Below, in pieces: positions 57,677-64,000 of a DNA stretch of 64,000 nt. The stretch spans positions 33,301 through 97,300 of the forward strand of contig CAZXAJ010000006.1 in the NCBI GenBank assembly GCA_964638975.1. The letters run 5' to 3'. Every line of letters begins with the position of its first letter. Position 1 is the stretch's first letter. This stretch comes from an uncultured Dehalococcoidales bacterium. Its GTDB lineage: Bacteria; Chloroflexota; Dehalococcoidia; GIF9; AB-539-J10. Below the pieces are notes generated by a model. It was not told where the DNA came from. It was given only the letters and a program-made list of their open reading frames with translations, and ran no database searches. A program made the translations under genes and the position numbers.

Positions 57677-57745
57677 CCTAATAGCTTATTTGTCAAGGCC
57701 TTCGAGAGTAAAATTTAATGAAATTTAATGAAAAGGAGGCGAAAT

Positions 57746-58048
57746 ATGCCAGAGTGGACATTCCTTACCAATCACGCTCTAGTGCTGAGCTATATCGCTC
57801 ACCACCCCCGGATAACTGCCCGCGATCTAGCTAATGCTATTGGCATAACGGAAAGGGCGACGCGGAAGATAATCGCCGACCTGCTGGACACCGGTTACAT
57901 CACCAAGAAGCGAGAGGGAAGAAGGAATCGATATCGAGTCAACCCCGACGTTACTCTTCGCCATCCCAGCCACGGTGAAACTGCTGTAGGGGATCTTCTT
58001 GCGGCACTAGGTTGGAAGAGACGAAAGAAGGCTGTCAAATCAAGCTGA
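57746..58048 (+). CDS. Winged-helix (MarR/ArsR-like) transcriptional regulator
   Basis: AAAGGAGG SD before ATG 57746. HPRITARDLANAIGITERATRKIIADLLDTGYITKKREGRRNRY shows the HTH plus wing pattern. Confidence 0.8.
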   Translation: MPEWTFLTNHALVLSYIAHHPRITARDLANAIGITERATRKIIADLLDTGYITKKREGRRNRYRVNPDVTLRHPSHGETAVGDLLAALGWKRRKKAVKSS

Positions 58049-58071
58049 CCTAACCGTATTCGGAAGAGATT

Positions 58072-58215
58072 ATGCCCTTACCCAATTGGCATGGATTCTA
58101 TGATCATGGCTATGTGCCAAAACCTGTGTGTAATTTCTCTCCGAAGTTTCCTGAGGTATTCAGGGGGCTTTCACCAGAGGATTGGAAAACTCGAGAGAAC
58201 TCTGAGTTGCTCCAG
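58072..58215 (+). pseudogene. Relic of the 3' end of a GH57-like paralog
   Basis: 58138-58215 (SPKFPEVFRGLSPEDWKTRENSELL) aligns codon-for-codon with 56653-56730 (PPRFPVVFKELLPEEWKARENPKLV*), 58 of 78 nt identical by my count. The stop is mutated to CAG and there is no upstream body. Confidence 0.5.
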
Positions 58216-58268
58216 ACTCGCTATACCCAGCTAAGAGATCCAAGAAACCGCCTCCCTGACAAATTAAA

Positions 58269-60341
58269 TTATGGTGGCCATTTTTCTTGCTCTGCAAGGT
58301 CAGCCGGCAGCACATCCTCAGGCAGAGATGCTTCGACCTGGGCTACGGCCTGATCCCCCATGGCTGCAGCGGCATCCAGGGCTCCCTGGGCAACGTAGGC
58401 CGCAGCCTCTTCTTCACTCAGGCCAGCTTGTTCCGCCACTTCCCTGGCTGCCTCTACTGCATTAATTGTGGCTCTACCTAGGTCGGCTCCGGTCTCTCCC
58501 GCTCCTTGGACTAGCCCGTAACCAGCACCACGGAGAGCTTCTTGAGGGACTATTCGGGCTCGACCGAAAGTGCGTGCGATGCCCAGCACAGCCGAATGAG
58601 CTAAGTGGCCTACATCCAAATCTGTGTTCTCCTTTGCATGCATGGTTCCCCTCGCCGTCTGCTGGGCTACTTCGCTAGCGTGAGTTCGCATATCCTTCTC
58701 AGTTCCCCAAACGCTGGTCAAGGCCTTCTCCAGAGCCTTAGCTATTGTGCTTACTTTCCTGTGGCCTCGCGCTGCTGCTACAGTAGTGGTTTTGGCCATA
58801 TCGGCAAGCTGATATGCTGTCACGCCCAAAGCCACATCCAAGCCGGGGATGGGTACACGCCTGAGGATGCTGTAGGGGAACTGGCTCAAAAAGTTCAACC
58901 CCGGAACTGAGCTCATAGGCCGCACTGCATGCCGCATTGGGGCAAGCAGCGCATCCAGAACTACCTCCCGACTCGCCTCACCTTCTTCACGGAGGGCGAC
59001 CAAGGCACTGAGGGTAAAAATGCCTAGTATGAAAGTGATGCAGAACACGAAATCAAAGCCAATAAGGCTGAAAGTCGGGAGCTGGATGAAATGAGTCGGA
59101 TCGATCCATGAAAAGACGAGGCTGAGCTGGCGGGCACTGAAGAAGTCACCAAGGTAGCCACCAAGCAGAGGCCCCAGTCCAGCGCCCAGGCTGGTAGCCA
59201 GGCCAGCCGCTGCCAGATATGCGGTGGCCTGTCCCTTAGGAGCCAATTTCAATCCGATGGTACCTATAGCAAGGGTCACCCCGGCTGCTGCGACGCCCGC
59301 GAGAATGTGGAGAATCGCCAGCAATGGAATGGTCAGAAAGTGGCGCTCTGGCATGGTGGTGAAAGTCCACCCCAAAACTACCAAAAGATACAAGGAAACA
59401 GACACAGATAGGATCGCCTTGATGCCAAACCTGTCAGCTAGGGGCCCCCAGACGCGAAGGAACAGGATGTTGAATGCCTGACTTAAGATACTAAAGCCCA
59501 TTACTGCCGAAAGAGGCAAACCCACACGTAGCAGCATGTAAACGGCGAAGAAAGGAATGGACATGTTCAGAGCCAATCCCCACAGGAACAAAAATGATAA
59601 CAGATGACGGTAATTACCATCGCGGAAAGGGGTTGATATGGTGGAGAAAAGTGATGGTTGGGGTCCGGGGGATGGCTGCATTAGGGGCTCCGGCATCAGG
59701 CTCATGAATAAAGGGCTGGCTAGTCCTAGAAAAACAGCGCCAAAGAGCAGGGGGAAGGTGTATCCCAGGGCCTCACTTCCAGCAGGAGCATAACCTTCCC
59801 AGTAGGTCACGAAGAAGGAAGCCGCCAGGCCAAATGCCATGGCAGCCAGGTTAGCCCACATCTGACGTCGAGCATAGAAACGCCCTAAGACCTGTTGGGG
59901 AACCAGATCTCTCTGCCAGCTATTCCAGGCGCAGCTGGTGACAGAGGCAAACAGGCCACGAATACCAATTGTTATAAGCAGCAGAGCTACAGCGCTGCTG
60001 CTGGGTACGTCCAGGAACAAAGGAATCAATGCTATAGGCAGCCATGATAGCTGTGCCGGAATCCAGGAGGCTAATGTGATGACTTTGCGCCGACGGAATC
60101 GCTCAACCAGGGGGATGACGAGTATCTGGAGTGGCTGAGTTAGGAAAGGAAGGGCTGCCAGAATACCGATCTGGAAGTTGTTGCAGCCCAGTACCAGGGC
60201 ATAGGCCGCCAGAAAGCCACTGGTGGTTATGCTGAAGAAACCCATGGCGGCTGTTCCTTCCCAGGTTAGCCAACGCAATCCGCTGGCTACATCTTGATCG
60301 GATATGGTGGGTTTGGGGCTGAAACTTTCTCTAAGTCCCAT
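58269..60341 (-). CDS. MFS-type transporter with a ~240-aa Ala/Gly-rich cytoplasmic C-terminal extension
   Basis: 690 aa. About 12 TM segments in the first ~440 aa, then a soluble helical region (…GAGYGLVQGAGETGADLGRATINAVEAAREVAEQAGLSEEEAAAYVAQGALDAAAA…). Confidence 0.85.
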   Translation of the reverse strand: MGLRESFSPKPTISDQDVASGLRWLTWEGTAAMGFFSITTSGFLAAYALVLGCNNFQIGILAALPFLTQPLQILVIPLVERFRRRKVITLASWIPAQLSWLPIALIPLFLDVPSSSAVALLLITIGIRGLFASVTSCAWNSWQRDLVPQQVLGRFYARRQMWANLAAMAFGLAASFFVTYWEGYAPAGSEALGYTFPLLFGAVFLGLASPLFMSLMPEPLMQPSPGPQPSLFSTISTPFRDGNYRHLLSFLFLWGLALNMSIPFFAVYMLLRVGLPLSAVMGFSILSQAFNILFLRVWGPLADRFGIKAILSVSVSLYLLVVLGWTFTTMPERHFLTIPLLAILHILAGVAAAGVTLAIGTIGLKLAPKGQATAYLAAAGLATSLGAGLGPLLGGYLGDFFSARQLSLVFSWIDPTHFIQLPTFSLIGFDFVFCITFILGIFTLSALVALREEGEASREVVLDALLAPMRHAVRPMSSVPGLNFLSQFPYSILRRVPIPGLDVALGVTAYQLADMAKTTTVAAARGHRKVSTIAKALEKALTSVWGTEKDMRTHASEVAQQTARGTMHAKENTDLDVGHLAHSAVLGIARTFGRARIVPQEALRGAGYGLVQGAGETGADLGRATINAVEAAREVAEQAGLSEEEAAAYVAQGALDAAAAMGDQAVAQVEASLPEDVLPADLAEQEKWPP

Positions 60342-60506
60342 CTTCGGCTAATATAATTTTCAAGGCTTAGCTATCCTCAGCGTGAATCCGAGTATCAGTT
60401 TCATGATAATGCACTTCCCCGATGGTTCATTCCTTATAACTTAGAATAATACCAAGTCAAGTGCGATTTGGCACGCTTTTTGAGAACAAAAAGGGGAAAT
60501 AAGGAC

Positions 60507-61598
60507 TCATAAAGACAGGGCAAAGTTTAAGTATAGTTGGGCTGCCCTTAGCACCTGGTTAAAGGATACTGATTCCTCCGCAGTATGAGCTGTTTCTAAG
60601 CGCCCGGGGCCTAAGATGATAGGGTCAACCCCAGCGGACCAGAGCACATTTCCATCCGAATGGCTCCTGAAGTCCTGAGGCTCCCAGGGAAGAGACATCT
60701 CTCCGTAAACTTGCTTCAGCTTCTTTACCAAAGGCCTCTCTTGGGAAATCTGATAGCCCGAATACGTATCTTCAAACCTGAGCTGAACGTCCAGATTAGG
60801 GATATTTTCGTGCGCCACTTCCAGTAGGCGCTCAAACTCCGCTTTCAGCATGTCAATACTAGAATTGGGCGGCAAATGTAGGTCCAGCCAGGCCTCACAG
60901 CTGTCTGGCACCACGAAGCCGCCAGGAAAGCCAGACAGCTCTCTAATGTTATAAACCAATCCATGGCCCTTGGAGCTAGTATACTCCGTAACTTGCAGGA
61001 GCAGCTTTAACATGTTCTCAATGGCATTCTGTCCAAGCTCAGGCATAGCCGAGTGTGCTCTTTTGCCCTGGGTGCGCAACATAATCTCAAGGTAACCATA
61101 GTGGCCAAGACAAGGCACCAGCCCTGTGGGCTCACCGACTATGGCCCAGGGAAAGCTGTATTCGTTAACTAGGGTTTTTATACCTTTGTTGTCCTCCTCC
61201 TCATCCACCACTAGAGCCAGGCCGACAGGCGGAACAGTCTCTCCCCCTTCGACCAGCACAGCAAACGCTTCCATCATGGCAGCACACCCTGCCTTCATGT
61301 CCGCGGTTCCCAAGCCAAATGCCATGTCCCCTTCCTCACGGAAGCCATAATCGTCGAGGTCATGGGCGGTGACGGTATCTAGATGTCCCACAAAGCAAAG
61401 AGCTATTTCATCTCTTTTCTCAGGCAATACTATCAAGTTAAAACGATTCTCATCAACCTCTTGTTTGCATACCGGGAGGTTCTGATTTTTTAGGTATTTC
61501 TCTGCATACTTAAGAATCTCTCCTTCCTTGCCTGTAGGACTATATATATTCACGAGGCTCTTAAAAAGATTTTTTAGCCTCTCAAGTTGCACGTCCAT
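60507..61598 (-). CDS. M20-family metallopeptidase (ArgE/DapE-like deacylase)
   Basis: 363 aa with FVGHLDTV, GTADMKAG and VVDEEE metal-ligand motifs. Confidence 0.9.
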   Translation of the reverse strand: MDVQLERLKNLFKSLVNIYSPTGKEGEILKYAEKYLKNQNLPVCKQEVDENRFNLIVLPEKRDEIALCFVGHLDTVTAHDLDDYGFREEGDMAFGLGTADMKAGCAAMMEAFAVLVEGGETVPPVGLALVVDEEEDNKGIKTLVNEYSFPWAIVGEPTGLVPCLGHYGYLEIMLRTQGKRAHSAMPELGQNAIENMLKLLLQVTEYTSSKGHGLVYNIRELSGFPGGFVVPDSCEAWLDLHLPPNSSIDMLKAEFERLLEVAHENIPNLDVQLRFEDTYSGYQISQERPLVKKLKQVYGEMSLPWEPQDFRSHSDGNVLWSAGVDPIILGPGRLETAHTAEESVSFNQVLRAAQLYLNFALSL

Positions 61599-61714
61599 TG
61601 ATTTATCCAGAGCGCCTCCATATCGCTCTCCTTCCCAGATTCTACACTTTTCCCTTCGCTTCGATACGCCGAGAATTCAGTATCATGGAGACTCTTTCTT
61701 GAAAACGAAAGAAA

Positions 61715-62296
61715 TCACAGTTTTTTCCTCCCACCAACGCCAAAGCTTTTATGACTCTTCGTCTTCTCAGGGGAAAGATTTGGTTCAGCGACCTTCTTAA
61801 TTGGTCGGCGGAGAGTCTTGGTAAGCCACAAATGCTGGCGACTGGGAGAAAAGCCTATGGCCTTAAAGAAAGCAATAGCCCCCTCGTTGTTAGCTTCGGT
61901 ATCGGCTATTACCATCCTCACCCCATCATCCCTGAACCTCTCCTCCAGTCTTCTATAGAGTCGGAGACCCAAGTTCGTCCTCTGAAAAGTGTCATCCACT
62001 CCTATCCAGCTCAAGTATCCGTATTTCTTCCAGGCGGTGCCCTCTTTTTCAATAGTAGTGGCCAGGATGAAGCCCACGATTCTCCCCTGTGTCTCAGCTA
62101 CCAGGCAAAAGTCTGCATCGGAGGTAAAATGGTCAGTTACTTCATAAGCATCCCAAGTACGGTAAAGAATCGGAAATTCCTCGCTGGTAAAGAGCTCCTC
62201 TCCCAGGTGGTAAACGGAGCCAATGTCGTCTATCTCCATCTGCCTGATATTTACTTCAGGTTTCTTTCTATTCCCGTGAATACCTTCTAATGGCAC
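61715..62296 (-). CDS. GNAT-family N-acetyltransferase
   Basis: 193 aa. NIRQMEIDDI start of the fold and an acetyl-CoA motif region (FQRTNLGLRLYRRLEERF). GTG start. Confidence 0.85.
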   Translation of the reverse strand: MPLEGIHGNRKKPEVNIRQMEIDDIGSVYHLGEELFTSEEFPILYRTWDAYEVTDHFTSDADFCLVAETQGRIVGFILATTIEKEGTAWKKYGYLSWIGVDDTFQRTNLGLRLYRRLEERFRDDGVRMVIADTEANNEGAIAFFKAIGFSPSRQHLWLTKTLRRPIKKVAEPNLSPEKTKSHKSFGVGGRKKL

Positions 62297-62427
62297 GTAT
62301 CCCTCCTTTTATCTCATACATGTTAACACGTTTTCCTTCAACCCTTGCCTGTTCAATCAGATGATATAAACATTACCATCTAGATGCAAATCAAATGGGA
62401 CAGCTTTTTGGCACACCAACATCCATG

Positions 62428-64000
62428 CTAGTCATCGGTGCTCTTCGTCGTGCTCACGCCACCCTGCCTCTCCACATCTGGCCTTAATTCTCGGGCAGTT
62501 TCATCCCCCCGCGGTTGAAGCGTTGCTGCGAGTTCCTCGACTTGAGCCTTTTCTACCTGCCAGCGGCGGCCTATTTTCACCGCCGGCAGCTTCATTCTAC
62601 GAGCTAGACTTTCTATCCTGCTTTGACTAGTTCCAAGAAGAGTCGCTGCCTCAGAAGTAGAGATGTACTCATCTCCAAGGAGAGTTCGGCTGAATGTCCG
62701 TTCCAGTTGGGCATGGATATCTATCACCGACCTTGACACCAAGTAGATAATAACGCCTAACAATAACAGGGGTATAGCTAAGGCAAGGGAACCGATGAGC
62801 AGGAGACCGGAAATAAAGGGGATAAACCATATCCCCACGAGTATGGACAGCAAAATTACCAGGCTGTCCCGCAGTACAATGCGAAGTGCCTTACGCCGCC
62901 ATTGCTTGGCCGATGGCCGCCGACCCAGCACATGCGTCGCAGCCTCATCACCCAGAGCCCGAACACTTCGCCATATAGCCACAAATGAAGGTACACATCC
63001 CATTAAAAAGAGAAAACCGAATGCCAACCCCATGATGTCGGCACGGATCTGGGTGATGAGAGCCAGGTTTTCAACGAAATGAAGAGCAAAGGTCCCAATG
63101 CCGATAATGACCATAATGATGAGAAGATTGATTAGTATGGTCCTCCCGGACTGCCGAACCATTTGGGCCGCCTTAGTGTCACGAGCAAAGACAGCACGTA
63201 GCGCCTGTATCCAGTCTGCCAGGCGAGACACATATGCCTTAAGCAACGCTGGTGACCTGCGCTTAAGAAAATTGGCAGTGGACTCAGTCGACCGCATGAT
63301 GTATGGGCCAGCCAAAGAGGTCAGGGCAGTGACTAGAGCGATCACCGAGTATAGAGGCGCTAAGACCACGCCGCGGTCTATCCCCAACTTGGCGATAGCC
63401 AGGGAAAACTCGCCCATGACAGGCATACCCATCCCCACCCCGAGAGCAGTTTCTCCATCGTAGCCAGCCATAAAGGTTGCTAGTGTATCACTTAGGATTT
63501 TCCCCAAGATAAAAACAGCGGCTATGATGATGGCTGGGATGACGAAATCCTTAAACTGAGTGATGTTTATGAGCATGCCTATGGCTACAAAAAAGAGGGC
63601 GGCAAACATATCCCTCACGGGGGTAACCACTTCAACAATCTCTTCAGAATGTTCGGTATTGCCAATCAGCGCCCCCACAATGAAGGCCCCCGCCGCCACC
63701 GACAATCCCAAGTAATTGCCAAGCAAAGCCATGGCAAAACACAACCCCAGGCTGGTGATGAGGAAAGCCTCCTTGGAGTGAAACCAACTGGTGAATCTAA
63801 TGATACGTGGTACAATAATCGCCCCGAGCACCAGCGAGACAACCACAAAAATTATCAACCTCAGCGCCAGAGAACCTATATCCGCAAAACTTGCAGTCCC
63901 CGTAGTAGCCACACCTGAAAGTACAGCTATGATGGCTACGGCGGCAAAGTCCTCAACCACAAGGATACCCACGATGAGCTTGGAAGACAAAAGGTCAAGC
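62428..64000 (-). CDS. Cation:proton antiporter (CPA2/Kef-like) with a C-terminal excisionase/MerR-type HTH; 5' end outside the window
   Basis: Polytopic Na+/H+-exchanger-like core (LVVEDFAAVAIIAVL...). The C-terminal ISTSEAATLLGTSQSRIESLARRMKLPAVKIGRRWQVEKAQVEEL resembles HTH_17. The frame stays open to nt 64000. Confidence 0.85.
   Translation of the reverse strand, partial: LDLLSSKLIVGILVVEDFAAVAIIAVLSGVATTGTASFADIGSLALRLIIFVVVSLVLGAIIVPRIIRFTSWFHSKEAFLITSLGLCFAMALLGNYLGLSVAAGAFIVGALIGNTEHSEEIVEVVTPVRDMFAALFFVAIGMLINITQFKDFVIPAIIIAAVFILGKILSDTLATFMAGYDGETALGVGMGMPVMGEFSLAIAKLGIDRGVVLAPLYSVIALVTALTSLAGPYIMRSTESTANFLKRRSPALLKAYVSRLADWIQALRAVFARDTKAAQMVRQSGRTILINLLIIMVIIGIGTFALHFVENLALITQIRADIMGLAFGFLFLMGCVPSFVAIWRSVRALGDEAATHVLGRRPSAKQWRRKALRIVLRDSLVILLSILVGIWFIPFISGLLLIGSLALAIPLLLLGVIIYLVSRSVIDIHAQLERTFSRTLLGDEYISTSEAATLLGTSQSRIESLARRMKLPAVKIGRRWQVEKAQVEELAATLQPRGDETARELRPDVERQGGVSTTKSTDD

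Noticed and set aside
1-64000. Search for CRISPR arrays, IS elements, integrases, prophage genes, toxin-antitoxin pairs or known defence systems.
   Set aside because: I saw no regularly spaced direct repeats and no transposase, recombinase or nuclease-ATPase signatures in any of the listed ORFs or the intergenic regions I read.

Overview
The window looks like an ordinary chromosomal segment of an anaerobic, ferredoxin-centred bacterium. The gene content (class V FBP aldolase/phosphatase, archease+RtcB, DUF5679-type mini-protein, several OFORs, Hdr-like genes) suggests a Chloroflexota-like or similarly deep-branching lineage, but that placement is inference only. I found no rRNA, CRISPR array, transposase, integrase or recognisable defence system.

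Layout:
- 0.4-7 kb: the conserved tRNA-Val / thrS / infC / rpmI / rplT / pheS / pheT block.
- 8-11.4 kb: the ribD-ribE-ribBA-ribH operon.
- 11.7-19.3 kb: archease-RtcB, a nitroreductase, a MeaB-like GTPase, an FAD protein, DUF429, FBP aldolase/phosphatase and RdgB.
- Three separate four-subunit 2-oxoacid:ferredoxin oxidoreductase operons (19.8-22.4, 35.6-38.6, 40.8-43.7 kb).
- 25.0-28.2 kb: a tungsten-type AOR with a ferredoxin subunit and a crotonase.
- 28.3-35.3 kb: a class II photolyase, a stand-alone B12-binding module coupled to a MacB-type ABC exporter, and MsrBA.
- 52.3-57.4 kb: three tandem GH57-like genes with two small paralogous genes.
- The rest: transporters, an M20 peptidase and a GNAT.

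Most worth a second look:
- (i) An apparently single ~10.8 kb operon that translationally couples an OFOR to an HdrL-like / MvhD / HdrCB / HdrA-MvhD module and a mini zinc-ribbon gene.
- (ii) An ~0.8 kb ORF-free, hairpin-rich region (22.39-23.2 kb) that I could not assign to any RNA family.
- (iii) The B12-module / ABC exporter / photolyase neighbourhood.
- (iv) The GH57 locus, which carries a duplicated gene-end scar, a strong-SD 14-codon micro-ORF and dense operator-like repeats.

All functional calls rest on motif recognition in the supplied translations. No database searches were run.
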